In this document: one piece after another, positions 35,583-49,309 of the stretch
Layout: each line of letters opens with the position of its first letter
Numbering within the stretch: position 1 is the stretch's first letter
Source of the DNA: Toensbergia leucococca
Lineage: Eukaryota
Length of the DNA: 64,000 nt
Assembly: GCA_022813965.1 (NCBI GenBank)
Contig: JALDZS010000019.1
Location: 62,001 to 126,000, forward strand
Direction: 5' to 3'
Position numbers and translations under genes: made by a program
The notes under the pieces: model-generated
What the model saw: only the letters and a program-made list of their open reading frames with translations
Told to the model about the DNA's origin: nothing
Database searches by the model: none

Positions 35583-38161
35583 ATGCCACGCAACAAGAAG
35601 AATGCCACAAAAGGCAGTACTGGAAACATCACTACCCTGGCCCGTCTAAGAGCTCAGGTTGAGAATAACAATGCTCTCGAGGCTGCTAGAGTCGCTGCCT
35701 CAACACGTCGCGAATCCGAATCTCCAGAGGACTACGGGCCACCCGTACCAATCTCTGCGAGTGAGGCGAGAGAAATGCTCCGAGTTGAGAGAGCAGAAAA
35801 GGCAGCTCGTGTGAAAAAAGCTGCCGAGGAAGAAGCAGCTCAGCAAGAAAAACCTGTGCCGAAACCCACTATACTTTCCAATGATTCTGATGTCGGGCCA
35901 ACCAACGATACTGACGACCATCCTCAACCAAACGATGCGGGCGCAGAATCACCTCTCAATCATGCTACGCCCCAAGCTACTACAAAGTCTTCCAAGGCTA
36001 AATCGGGTCAATCTACGTGGGACTGGGGCGAGATCAATCGTAAAGTCAGAGGAATGAATACTTTGGAAGAGTTACAGCGTCGACACAATGAAATGGACTC
36101 CGATTTTGCGGGCCTGGAACCGTGGCTACACACACCAGAACAGATTGAGCGTAATCGTAAGGCAATATTATCTGGCACTTACGTCCCGGCAGAGACTCCT
36201 CTTCCAGAAGACATCCAGGATGAGCCGACGAGTGGTGCAGAGGATGTCCCAGAAGGATTGACTAGCGCCGCGGAAGACATTCTCAACGCTGAGCCCACCT
36301 ATGTCCCCTTGAGCGACCTCTTGAAAGGTGGCGACAAACATGTGCCTGGCTTTACATACAAGCAGTATATCAACAAGCCCACCATGAAGCTTCTGGTTTT
36401 GATGTATCCTGATCGTGATCCTAGCCAGCCCTACAATGATAGCACTGGGCAAAAGCCATTGGAGATGCGCATCAAGCCAAAGTGTGGTCTTATAGAGGTC
36501 GATATTCCCGTGAACGTTGCATCAAATTTCGACAAGGAGAAAGGAGTCCAGTACGGAGAAGCAATGCGTAAGAGCAAGGTCTTACAGGAAGGGGGATCCT
36601 ATGGTGTCGCAGGTGGATTGGGTAATCGTGGAAAAGCTCCCGTCACCGCCGACGATCAGACACATAGCGAGGGACCGTCGCACGAAACCCTCCTCGAGAA
36701 CTTTGACGATGCTAACAACAAGGGACACGTCATGAACAAGATGACTCTGGCTGGTCAGATTATACCTTTCCGGAATGGCGACCCTATATATTTCATTGGA
36801 GTTTGCCGAGGAGGTGAGAAGTCTTCCTCGACAGAACCTCTGCTTAAATAATCAAGGGCCTGCAATACTAACACCTTGGACAGACGAGATACACTATAAC
36901 AAGGTCGACGCCATGGTCCAGCTTCGTCCCCAATTAGGCCATCTTGATGCTCTCGCCGACCTGGAGAAATCCACTCCACGGGCACCACGCGATGCGGAGG
37001 CTCCGGCCGAAGAAACCGAGGCACGAGCTGTCAACATGACTGTCAAGTCTGCCGATACCGAGGAATTGGACACGAGTCACATTAAAAAGCTTCTCAAAGC
37101 AATGAGAGACGAACCATGGCAACATTTGGAATGGATTGACCAGGAGGTAAAATTCTTTTGCTCGAATCGGACATACAAGGCTTTCTGACAGACAGTAGGA
37201 TCCAAGGGCCTACGAAACCTATTATGATCAGATGTTCCTCAAAGACGCGCAGAACGCTCCAAAACTATATTCAACCATGACTGATCTACAGTGGCTTGAT
37301 GCTTTGAGTGCTCCACGGATCGACCCAACGAAGCCAGACAAAAAGCCGATAATGACTTATCCAAAGGACATTCTCGACTCGGGTAGCTCAGACGCAGATG
37401 ACGACAGCGATAATGCAATCCCCAAACCACGCAAAAAGCAATTCCTCACTAACATAAGCGGAAGTGAAGACTCGGATGAATGGCAGAATGACTGTGATTC
37501 TGATGAAGAAGAGGATGTTGAAGATACCTCCGACACTGACGACGAAAAGAAATTTGCAGATGCAGATAGCGCTGATGAAAATTCAGACGATCAAGATGAA
37601 GATCGTGCAGAAGACGGGGAGGTCAAAGACTCTATTCGTGCAGAAGACGCCTACCTCCAAGAGGATGCAGACGAGGCTGAAGCAGATAATAAATTACCGC
37701 CAGGCATGCGACTCCCACGGAAAGAAGTAGAACGTTGGGTCGAAGTCGCTGCTAAGAGAGTCGTGCTTTGGGGTAATGGTTCGGAAGAAGAGCAGGAACT
37801 GATGAAGACCATCCCTCGTAGACCCATCCTATCTTTTATGCTACCCGGGAATCGTGGCAACGCCTATTACGAACACCGCCTCGAAGCACTGTACCGTGTC
37901 AAGCAGCGCGATGAGCTCCGACGTGCTGGCTTCACGGGTAAGATGATATGGGACAAAAGCAAACAAGCTCAAGCAGATTCTTCCGGAGGCGACCAAGACC
38001 AAGCAACTCCATCCGGAGACAAGAAGGATTCAGACAAACAAGATCAAGGAGGATCTTCCGGAGATATGAACGATCAAGTAGGTCCTTCGGGAGGTAAGCA
38101 GGATCAGGCAAGTGCTTCAGCAGGCAAAGGAAATAAGACGAGCTCTTCAGGAGACAAGTAA
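35583..38161 (+). CDS. RPC37: RNA polymerase III subunit Rpc5/Rpc37 (Sin-like) with long terminal extensions (multi-exon)
   Basis: Core LLVLMYPDRDPSQPY, KPLEMRIKPKCGLIEVDIP, NFDKEKG, MTLAGQI, PIYFIGV, MVQLRPQLGHLDA, EARAVNMTVKS, EPWQHLEWIDQE, WLDALSAPR. Two GT..AG introns near 36813-36885 and 37146-37198. Confidence 0.85.
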
Positions 38162-39391
38162 ATAGAAGCGGTGCTGAGTTCTTAAGGTCGCCTGCGAGAG
38201 TCACAGCGATGTCAATCAAGGCGATAAAAGCAGCAAGCATAGCCACAGGTGCAAGGAAATTTTGTTTTGAGATACCCCTTGAAAGCATAGTACGACGAAA
38301 ATGAAGCTTTTGATCGATATCAGAGGCTTCTCTAATTACTTGATAGTTTGATGCTTATCTTTGCAAACGTGATCAAGATGGTTTTCGCCTTTAGTGATTA
38401 TGTTATTACTATCATTGATGGCGACGATACTAAGGACATGTCCTCCTCCACTCGTCATGACAACGCACTAATCTCATGCCGACTCCCTCTCCTTGCCATC
38501 TCCGTGCTGTCTACTTGTAGATATGAATCTAATCACTTATGACTAGATAACATCCATTTGCTAATATAATCGTGAAACCATGACGATCTCTCAGTTCCTT
38601 AATAATCTGTCTGTAGTGTTGCTTTGTTGTCTCTTGCTTTCCTTTCCTGTATCACCGTCGCTAACGCGGTGGCCATTCTGGATTCGCGTGGCCATGGTAG
38701 AGATGTCGAGACAGTCAGACTTGTCCCCTCCACTGCGGCGAGGAATAGGATACTTGGTATCTGCTCTTGGAGGGTATGCACTGTTAAGTAGTAGGTCATG
38801 TCTGTCGATGTGTGTAGAACGGAAAACATGAAGGAGTGGAAGTCTCGTTGGTAGAAAGATGAGGAATCCACCAATGATGTCGCTGCTTATGGACGAGGCG
38901 CCTTGTCATTAGTGGACTTTCATCTTCATGGCACGAATGGAGTTCTGTCCGCGATTTCATTGCAACTATGACCATGGATGGTGGCTGACGTGCAGCAAAC
39001 TTCCAGTGCGCAAACGAGACTATCTCAAGAGATGAGAGAAGAGGTAGATACGATAAGCACTTTTTATATCTTAGAGCCCAAAGGCACAATTGAACATGGG
39101 TCCAGAAGTAAATCCCTTCAAGTATTACTTCCTCTTAGCTAGATAGAAGTTATACGCATCCAAAATGTGGTTCAGCGCTCCTTTCCCTTGCTAGACACGT
39201 AGCTGTAGAAAACATAAGTGAGATCAAACGAAAATCGCCGTGCTCAAGAAATGGCTAGTCGAAGAACAAGAAAAGGAAAAAACCGTGCCCGAGTCGCTCG
39301 CTTACCAAATATTGACGACTCCACCATAACGAAGACTCCATGTTAAGGAGGACATATAAAAACCAACTGTAAAGGTAATCCTTTGGACAGG

Positions 39392-39410
39392 AAAAAAAAG
39401 AGAAAAAAAA
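39392..39410 (-). terminator. Oligo-T Pol III-type terminator
   Basis: Two T8 runs on the minus strand, starting ~23 nt after the second tRNA-like unit. Confidence 0.45.
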
Positions 39411-39432
39411 GTGGGGTGAAGGCCGTGTACCC

Positions 39433-39490
39433 CGAGTAAGTAGGGAGTCGAACCCTACCAATGACCAGTCGTGAGTCCAGATAGTAACTC
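39433..39490 (-). ncRNA. Second, truncated tRNA-like unit
   Basis: Perfect T arm TAGGG-TTCGACT-CCCTA with B box GGTTCGACTCC, partial acceptor GAGTTAC/CTTACTC, no proper D arm. Confidence 0.35.
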
Positions 39491-39500
39491 TGCTGAGAAG

Positions 39501-39610
39501 CGGGTATTCCAGGAATCGAACCCAGAGCACCTAACGCACCAGGGGCACGGACCCCTAGCCATCAAACCACGTCCACCGGCGTGGTCGACTTCCCACTCGA
39601 CTAATCACCC
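39501..39610 (-). tRNA. Atypical or degenerate intron-containing tRNA-like gene (identity unclear)
   Basis: A box TAGTCGAGTGG, D stem GTCG/CGAC, anticodon stem ACGC/GCGT interrupted by a ~33-nt insert, B box GGTTCGATTCC, acceptor GGGTGAT/AATACCC with one mismatch. No U33. Confidence 0.5.
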
Positions 39611-40222
39611 TCATATGAGGAATGAAGCCCAACTTATAATATATATCTTTTGAAACACCAACGCAACATAACAGAGCCACTTTAGAAAAATTTGACTGCA
39701 ACTTTTCGACACAAAATACAGCGACACATTGCGGAACGGTTAAGATGCAACACTCATCAACCACAACAGATTGGATGTTCGCATAGCAAAATGTTTTACT
39801 GCACACATTACTTTTACTAAAAAAGCGCATCATAGGTAAGGAGATGCAAGTCACTGATACATTGTCAATGAATACTGCGCCCAAGCACGTACCTGATACC
39901 ACAACTTGTAAGCTCATGGGTCCACGTTCCAGCATCTCCAATTTTGCAATTGCCCTAACGTCATGATATAGAAATCCAACATCTCCAGACGCAACCGCCA
40001 TTGACATGCCCAACGGTCTCTTGCGTTGTACCAAGAAGATACAGAGCACAAGATGTATTTTAAGGGGGGTGTTAGGGACGGACAAGGGAATGGGACAACG
40101 AAGTTCGCATAAGCTTTCCAAGCCGCTAATGCACCCCTCATTTCAGGGATTGCCTTGGAATGAATAAGGCTGACACGCTAGATACAAGTACCGAAAGTAG
40201 CCCGCCGACGAGCATTATGATC

Positions 40223-41774
40223 ATGTCACTGCCAGGTCTCCAAATATCCACCACTGTGGAGGTTGTAGCAGCCCCAGTCATTCATGATCTTAACGAAGGC
40301 ACAGAGTGGCGCTTCGAAGTCGCTTTTGGCTCCAGCGTCCATGTGAAAGTACGTTTACTCTACCTGTCTTCATGCTCTACAGAAACTGCTAACAACTTCA
40401 ATCGATGATGTAGCTTCTCTCTGGGGCAGCCGAACTGTTTGGCACCGAGCTTGCATTGAAGCAGAACTACTATTTTACCGGCACCAAGGTAGCAATATAC
40501 ACTTGGCATGGCTGTCGCATCGAGGTCGTCGGTGACTGTCAAGTCGAGTATCTCGCCGAAGAAACCCCCATGATCAGTTATGCAAACGTACACTTTGCGC
40601 TCGAACGAATGCGAGAACAGGCCTCAGTCGACAGTCGAGACGGGCCAAGGGTGCTAGTCGTAGGGCCGGAGAACGCGGGAAAGACAAGTCTCGTCAAGTT
40701 GCTTACTGCCTACGCTACGAGGACTGGCCGGCAACCTATTGTAGTCAACCTAGACACCAAGGAGGGTTCGTTGAGCATTCCAGGAAGCTTGTCTGCTACT
40801 GCATTTTCTTCTATCCTCGATGTCGAAGAAGGATGGGGAAGTAGTCCAACAAATGGGCCGAGCCAGGTGCCTGTCAAGTTGCCTTTGGTTTACTACTATG
40901 GCTTAGCAAATCCGGAGGAGAACACAAAAGTCTTCAAGCCCATTGTTACTAGGCTTGCATTGTCTGTGAGAGGCAGACTTCAAGATGATGCTGAAGCGAA
41001 AGAAGCCGGATGTATCATCGACACCCCAGGGGTCATAAGTCAAGGGAAAGGTGGCTACGAGGTTATCCAACACATTGTATCCGAATTTTCGAGTAGGAAT
41101 TATCAACCGTTTTGACACCAGACTAAAGACTAATAGTCTACAGTCAGCGTACTAATCATCCTCGGCTCGGAACGATTGTACAGCGACATGCTCCGACGCT
41201 TCAATGGTCAAAAAACTAGCACAGACGAAACCATCAGTGTAATCAAATTAGACAAATCGGGTGGCTGCGTCGATCGCGATGACGGTTACCAGCAACACTC
41301 TCGCCAAGCGCAGGTCAGAGAATACTTCTTCGGCGACGCAAAAACCGCCCTCAGTCCACACACCCAACAACTCGATTTCAGCCAACTGACCATTTACAAA
41401 CTCGCCGAAAGTAAGTCGTCACCCATAACATCCACATCCACACGCCATCATTAATACCTCTTCCACCAGCTTCTGACCTCCTCGCCTCCCTCCTCCCTGG
41501 CGGCGAGGCGGAGGATACGGGTCCCGCACCCATCTTTGAGAAACTCCAACCCAGCTCCCTAATGCAAAATAGCATACTTGCTATCGTGCACGCAGATCCC
41601 AACGATACCCAGGAAAACATCCGCGATGCTAGCGTATTGGGCTTTGTTTACATAGCCGAGGTCGATGAGAAGAGAAAGAAAGTGAAGGTTCTAGCGCCGC
41701 TGAGTGGAAGGTTGCCAAATCGAGCTATGGTGTGGGGATCGTGGCCTGAGGGCGTTGGGGACTTGGTGGGATGA
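40223..41774 (+). CDS. CLP1: mRNA cleavage and polyadenylation factor / polynucleotide 5'-kinase Clp1 (multi-exon)
   Basis: MSLPGL, EWRFEV, GAAELFGTEL, AIYTWHGC, EETPM, P-loop GPENAGKTS, GWGSSP, IIDTPG, KSGGCVDRD, VREYFFG, LGFVYIAEVD. Confidence 0.95.
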
Positions 41775-42652
41775 TTCTTATTCTTCGTTTCATTCTGGGA
41801 TTTTGGGATTCTTTTTCCGAAGAAGGAATGGGGATTTTGGGTGCTGGAGGCTGGCGTAATTCCTCTATGATGCAAAGCTACAAAAGAAAAAACGTCACAA
41901 TTTTGTACCAAGCCTGAATGTCCCAGCTCGCCTCTCACGTTCCCGCCCCCGAAATCAATCGCAACCAGAATCCATCTCTTTCGAATTTCATCTACCCTCA
42001 TCAATTCTGCCTTATCCAGAAAGTAAGCCTCCACTCTCTTCATCTTCTTTCGCTGGACAAAGACAGAGACCACATCCGATTTTTAGTTCGGACGAATCTA
42101 TCTGTGTCTCTCGAGATTCCCGTCTGACGCATGTCACTCTACGCAGCATACCCTTATCGCTAGTACGGAGTGATGGCATATGAGCCGCTGCCCTAGTTAT
42201 CAACCCCTCTGGAGCTGGCTAACAAATTTTGATCTGGGACCCGAGTGGAGCAGATCAGCTGGAAGTCATGGAGGCAAGCCAAAGGGTCACGTTCTGCCGA
42301 AAGAAGGGAAAAGTGGAAGCCAGATCTGAAGATGTTCCCTACCAGCTGGGAGACCTAGCCTATGCCCAATCAGTGCTCATTATTACCTGTCTGGTAAATC
42401 TGCAACGTGTCTGCAAGAAGGAACAAACGAACAAAACGTACATTTAATGGTTTCACATTGCGGTCCAGATCACCGGATATCCTTAGGATCAACGGAACCA
42501 TCTATCATCGTCTTCTGAGTTTCCGTCACTTGGATTGCTGATCCAGATCTCTCGTTTGCACTGCTCGACAGATCACCCGCGCAAAGACATCTCTATTCAA
42601 AGAGCTCTTGGATCTTGTGTTGAGCAATCTCACCGCTGACACCCTACCTTCG

Positions 42653-43432
42653 TCACTCTAACAGATGCATGCCAAAAATATGAAGGCTATCCTGCTCTCG
42701 CCATTCTCCAGCAAGAAAAATAGCTTTCCCAGTCCAATTGTAAACACCCCTTTTCGTCATTCCAGTCTTGTCCATGACTCGCAGGCTCGCTGGATTACGT
42801 TCGTTCACAATTGCTCGGATGTAAAGCTTCGAGAAAGGTGTCCAAAAAGCTCGCGCCCTCTTGCAGGATTCAAATACTGCCTCTAGCGACTCGGTGGCGT
42901 ATCCTTTACCCCATCCGATGGGCAAGAACAGATATGCGAGTTCGACGGTCAGTGTCGTAGTCGCCGCCGCCACCGATAACGTGAGATCCTCCGGTAATGC
43001 AAGGCTGCCAGCATTCAACGATTTCAAAGTTACAAGGCCGATAAATTCTGTTGCTTTTTCTCCTTGCTTTGCGGGTTGCGATTTGCCTTCAACAGAACCG
43101 CTCATCGACTCAAGAACCTTGTGCACAGCGTAGGCGACTCTGTATGTGTTTTCTTGCCCTTCATTGGCTGGCAGATGACCTTTCAAGACCTTCTCCGTGT
43201 CCTCAATGGACTTCGCCTGGCCAGACAGACTTCACAATGCCAATCAACAAATTAAATCAAAAAATGAAACTCTACATGATCAAAAGGGAGGAACGAAGTG
43301 CACGTCTTACCTCCACCACGTAGCCTTTTCATTGCTACACAATTCATGAATCCATTCGAGCTCCGGACTTCCTCTTTCCGCTTTCGTGACGAGAGTCAAG
43401 TTCAGCCGTGGTGTGGAGATAATGGAGTCCAT
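42653..43432 (-). CDS. GNAT acetyltransferase, RimJ/RimL-like (with introns)
   Basis: ISTPRLNL, FIGLVTL, VELAYLFLPIGWGKGYATE (acetyl-CoA motif A), VNERNPASLRVMDKTGM. An alternative in-frame ATG lies at 43561. Confidence 0.85.
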
Positions 43433-44559
43433 CAAGTCGCTCCGCTTTGTCACTTTGAAGTGATTGGCGCTGTCGACTGGTGGGCGTTTCTGATTTGTTT
43501 CTTCATTTTGTGCCAAGAACAGTGTGGCGGTGTTTGCGCTTAAGCGAACCTCGGATGACATGTAGGCTCGAGGATCCCTCCCCTCGCTCCTTTGATGTTG
43601 GTGAGTCGCTGGCCCGTCACGATGATACGTCTTTCGACCACAGTTCTTGCAAATGTACTATCACCAAAGGGAAAAAGCAAGGACAGTCTTGAGAACTATT
43701 CAATTGAGTCGTGCTTCACCTGGAGTGTTGTCTAAACTCTTTTCGCCGTCTCATCGTCCGGATTACTTGCTGTGATCAATCACAAGTCAATCAAAAGCTA
43801 CTCGAGAAATGTAAGTGATCTTTTTCGGCAGAGATTTGTTTTCTCTCCAGGTGCCTACAGCAAAAGCCAGCTATAATCAATCGAGAACTTGGCCTACCTT
43901 ACGACTAGTTTTCCGCGGCAAGTGGCTCGTAGGTAGGACCTAGGACGAAGCGTGATTCGCAAAGCCACGTTAGTACAACCTAGACTGCCTCGAGAGGTTA
44001 GGTAAAATCAGGATTCCACTCTATAAAAACCGGAATACATATCGTCGGGCGGCCGAATGTTTTATACCTAGGCTAAAAGTCTGCCGCGACGGTCCGATGG
44101 AAGTTCAAGAGATCTGGAATTTGAGATTGATAAAGGAGAGTTCTTGTAAAAAACAAGCATGAGATTTGACGGCATTGATCAACACTATTGTGGAAGCAAC
44201 GAAGCGCCTCATTTACTGGCAAATCTTATCTTCACCGCACCCTCATTCTGCAGCGCTGACAGCTGCGTTAAAGACAACATTCTGCTACTTGCAAATCCAA
44301 CTTTTACGTATGAGATAGTAAATGTCTGTCCGTATCATTAGGTGTCAGTTGAAAGCTAACAGTCTCATTCCTTGCACGATTGCTCAAAGTTCTTTTGTTG
44401 ACAGTCAATCTTTCAAATCCTCCAAGTCTACTGCAATCAACAACGCATGCAGAGGAACCCTCGTAGCCAAAGCACTTGAAAAAAACCCTCTCACTATCTC
44501 AAAAATATTTTAACCATCTCGCTCCCCCACCATGTTCTCTTTCAAGTAAGTCCATCGTT

Positions 44560-44830
44560 TCTCCAGAAATTCTAAGTCCTCTTTTATAGCCTCAACCATC
44601 AAAAAATTCCACATATGCCGAAGCTCTGCAAACCTCATATATCCGCCAAAGCTTCCTCCCACGCGAACGTCTCGTCTTGCCTCATGTTAAGAGCATGGTA
44701 CGGGAGCACATGTAAGTAGAACGAAAGTTTCAAGCGCTTGAGGCGTACCTCCTCGGCGATATATCGGAGCAATTGCTGCTAGTCGTATGCATACTCGTTG
44801 TTGCCTTGTTGACATTGAAGCAGCCACACA
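44560..44830 (-). pseudogene. Possible decayed coding remnant
   Basis: One frame reads YD*QQLLRYIAEEVRLKRLKLSFYL...FAWEEALADI*GLQSF. It looks protein-like, with stops one transition away from Trp/Arg codons. Family not identified. Confidence 0.25.
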
Positions 44831-45597
44831 TCTAGACGCTTGAAGTTGCGGCGAGCTAATGTGCTGATAGGCTACTTAGGCTGGACAGAAGAAACCTGTT
44901 TGCAGAAGGGATGGGGATGAGGGTGCCGAAGTTGAAATTAAGTGTAGCGAAGACGAAAAAAATAAAAACGAGTTGTAGTCTCAAAGACCCGGGTATGGCA
45001 GTGGTATCTACCTTAGCCGTGCGTCTTGACATGTTACCTTCAGGTACCTCGCTCTTGGAGTAAAGAATTGGTGCTATAAGATTCATATCTCATAATCCCT
45101 CCTTTGCTTTCATGGCAAGTGAATTAGCCTAACCATTAGGGAGCATGCCGGAGATCTCACATAAACTCATCCAGGGTTTGAGTGAGGTTTCTTTTTGTGT
45201 TTTGATCCTGGGTTTGTACCTGGGTTCAAGAATTTATTCTTTGTTCTTCAAACCCTGTTTTAACTATCCTCACAGTATTGATGAATCAATACGAGTATGT
45301 AGTTTAATGTAATTTAATGTTCAGTTCAATTGTTTAGATAGTATCATGCTCAAATTGAGACGTGTCATTAGTGAGCCTAGGAAAACTATTTGACTTCTAT
45401 TTATCATAGTTGTTTACCTGTCATACATACGAGTACCAAGGTGTATTACGATTTTCGGTTACTTTACATCAAGTCTACTGCCAATGTCATCATCGTTGTA
45501 ATCGACAACTTGTCAACTATAAGGCCTTCTGCCTGGCTTCAAATGTGAGCCACCTGTAGACTTGACTCGGAAGACAACGTCTGGAGGCCGTCTTAGA

Positions 45598-48500
45598 ATG
45601 GCTTATCTCGTTCCAATACATCGTTCTAGCAGCGTAAGACACGCGTTAAAGCTCAATTTTCTAAATGGCGACGAGGAATGCTTGATAGTAGCGTGAGTGG
45701 GCCCTTGGTTGATCTCTTTGAACTTGACCCATGGTGTGTTTCACAGGAAAGCCAACCGCATAGAGATATATGCCCTGACTGGCGAAGGCGTGGCCTTGAA
45801 ATATTCTAGGGCCATCTATGGAAAGGTAACAATGCTCGAGAAGCTACAGCCAGCGAGCTCTTCAACAGATCATCTCTTCATTGGCACTGACCGATACACT
45901 TACTTCACCGTGTCATGGGACGACGAGGCCAAACAAATGCGTACCGAGAAGAGCTTCGTCGACCTAGCAGACAAAACCTCAAGAGACTCGCAGACTGACG
46001 ATCGATGTCTAATTGACCCGACAAGACGATGTATGGCCCTACAACTTTACGAAGGTATCATTACCGTTGTTCCACTGCTGCAAAAGGGTAAGCGGAAAGA
46101 AAGCCTAGATTCAGGCACTTTGGGTGAGCCCTGGGCTTCAAGGATTTCCAATCTGTTCGTGAGATCTTCTGCATTCTTATATCCAAGGAACGGGGAAATC
46201 GATCAGCCACAGCTTGCTATGCTATACGAAGACAATCACCAAAATGTCTGTTTGAGAGTGAAAACTTTGAACGTTCCAGGCAGTGCATCGAAAGAACGGC
46301 TGGCAGACGCCGAAGAGCTCCTAGAGGACTCTAAATTAAAGTGTGACCGTGACAACCTAGAGCTAGGAGCAAGTCATCTGATATCTGTACCGGCGCCGGC
46401 TTGTGAGTTGGAAGCTATTCTTGACGAGTATCGAGGCTCATGATCTTTAGTCGGATTACTCGTGCTCGCAGAAACTACTATCACTTATCTAAATCTGGTC
46501 AACAATGAGACTTTGACTGAGCCTCTCAAGGAAGCAACGCTCTTTGTCGCATGGGAAGCAATCGACGCCCAGAGATGGCTTCTAGCAGACGATTACGGAA
46601 AGTTGTACCTTTTGATGTTAATGCTCTCCGAAGACAACGAGGTCTCAGGTTGGAAACTCGATGTCATTGGAGAGACTTCTCGTGCTTCTGTCTTGGTATA
46701 TCTAGACAGCGGCTATGTTTTCGTAGGCTCTCATCAGGGGGATTCTCAAGTTATTAAGATAGAAGAAAAATCAATCGAATTGATGCAGACTATCTCCAAC
46801 ATTGCACCCATCTTGGACTTCTCCATTATGGACATGGGAAGTCGAGCTGGCGAAGGACAAATTAATGAGTACTCTTCAGGACAAGCTCGAATTGTCACGG
46901 GATCCGGAGCATTTCAAGATGGCAGTCTGCGCAGTGTACGGAGCGGAGTTGGCTTGGAAGAAGTAGGCATGCTAGGCGAAATGGATCATATTACAGAAGT
47001 TTTTGCGTTAAAATCAAGTAGCAACACCGACCATGTAAATCTACTTGTTGTCTCTTTCATCACCGAGACTCGAGTCTTTCTATTCAATGCCGATGGAGAG
47101 GTGGAGGAGCAAGCCGATTACATGAGCTTGACGCTGTCCGAAGGAACTCTTCTGGCTGCCAACGCAACAAATGGGCGCCTTTTACAAGTGACCGGCTCCT
47201 TGGTTCACGTTATCGACATGGAGAATGGGATGGTCGTCTCTGAATGGTCGTCTTCTTCTGGCCAACCCATTACCGCCGCGTCGGCCAACGAGCAATACCT
47301 TGCAATGTCAATAGGGGGAACCGAGGCAGTGATTCTAGATCTCAACGAAGACCTTCGAGTCGTTGCTCGGAAGACATTTGCTAGTGAAGGTCAGATCGCC
47401 TGCATCAACGTCCCCTCGGTATCGCCGGAAATCTGTGTCGCAGGCTTCTGGCAAAATTCGGCCGTTGCAATCCTGAGAATCGATACCCTTGAATCTATAC
47501 AAACGGTTAACATCAACGACACAGATCTTTCCGTTCCCCGCTCGGTATTACTGGTCCAGCTCATCTCAGAACAACCGCCTACACTTTTTGTTGCCATGGC
47601 AGACGGTAACGTAGTCACCTTCTCCGTCAGCTTGACCGACTTCACCCTCTCCGCCAAAAAGAGTATCGTCCTCGGCACCCAACAAGCAAACTTCAAAACC
47701 CTCCCCAGAGGGGACGGACTTTCAAATGTCTTTGCAACATGCGAGCATCCAAGCTTGATCTACGGCTCCGAAGGCAGAATAGTCTACTCCGCCGTTACAG
47801 CAGAAAAAGCATCCTGCGTTTGTCCCTTCGATTCGGAAGCTTACCCAGGCGCCATCGCCATCGCGACTCCAGAAGACTTAAAGATAGCCGTCGTAGACAC
47901 AGAAAGAACGACGCACGTCCAAACGCTTCCCGTCAAAGAAACTGTCCGAAGAGTAGCCTACTCCCCCAAACTCAAAGCCTTCGGCCTCGGCACCATCAAT
48001 CGTACCCTCCGTGCCGGCGCTGAGATCATCCAAAGCCGCTTCAAACTCGCCGACGAGATCCAATTCAAAGAGCTCGACACCTACTACCTAAATCTAGAGG
48101 AGCTGATCGAGAGCGTCATTAGTGCCGAGATTCACGGGCAGGAACTCTTCGTCGTCGGCACCGCCTACTTAGACGACAACCGTGACGACTCGGTCCGCGG
48201 ACGCATCATCGTCTTCGAAGTCGAGGAGGACAGAATGCTCAAAGTTGTCGCGGAAATCTCCGTCAAAGGCGCCTGTCGAGCCTTAGGGATAGTAGACGGA
48301 AACATAGTCGCCGCACTTATAAAAACAGTACCTCACTCCCGCCCATCTCACACCCCTCCCCCAGCACCAACTAACCCCCTTCACCCCCACAGATAGTAAT
48401 CTACGCCCTCCGACCCCCAACCCTCCAAAAACTAGCCACCTACCGCACCTCCACAGCCCCCATCTCCATTTCCACCTCCGGCCCCACAATCGCCGTAGCA

Positions 48501-49180
48501 GACCTCATGAAATCAGTCTCAATCCTTCACTACACGCCCCCCACCCCGACAGGTCTCCCAGCCACCCTGACAGAAATTGCCCGCCACTTCGCCACGGCCT
48601 GGGCAACAGCAGTCGCGCACATCACCTCGGACAGCTTCCTCGAAGCCGACGCCGAGGGGAACCTGACCGTGTTGCTCCGGAACGCAAACGGTGTGACGGC
48701 CGAGGATCGTCGCCGGCTGGAAGCGACGAGCGAGATCCGGCTGGGCGAAATGGTCAATCGAATCCAGAGCGTCAATGTACCCACTTCGGCTAACGCGGTC
48801 GTGACGCCGAAAGCTTTTCTCGCAACCGTAAGTTCTCCCCTAACTACCCACAAAATCCCACTTAACAATCCGAAAAGGTCGACGGCTCCCTCCACCTCTT
48901 CGCCCTCATCTCCCCCGCCCGCATCGACCTCCTCCTACGCCTACAATCCGCCCTCGCGTCCCTGATCCACTCCCCGGGCAACATGCCCTTCAACAAGTAC
49001 CGGGCTTTCAAGAACGCTGTGCGAGAATCCGAGGAACCATATCGGTTTGTGGACGGGGAGTTGATCGAGGGGTTTTTGGACCTGGGGTCCGAGGTGCAGG
49101 AGGAGGTTGTGGGGGAGTTGGGGGAGGTGGATGTGGAGGAGGTGAGGGGGATGGTGGAGGGGTTGAGGAGGTTGCACTGA
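45598..49180 (+). CDS. DDB1: DNA damage-binding protein 1 (CUL4 adaptor), multi-exon
   Basis: MAYLVPIHRSSSVRHA, KANRIEIY, LLADDYGKLY, VFVGSHQGDSQ, NIAPILDF, GSGAFQDGSLRSVRSGVG, IAVADLMKSV, EIRLGEMVNRI, RFVDGELIE, MVEGLRRLH*. Confidence 0.95.
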
Positions 49181-49309
49181 TGATTTTTGGGGTGTGAAAG
49201 GTTGTAGAGTATTGAGACCGGATGATCGTTCATTATTTAAGGTCACAATCGCACTAAATGCCATGATAAACACCTTTTCAATCTCAAACAGAATAAATAA
49301 TACGCAAAG

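Noticed and set aside
39555..40121. 188-aa minus-strand ORF
   Set aside because: No domain-like features; it overlaps the tRNA-like cassette and the CLP1 promoter region.
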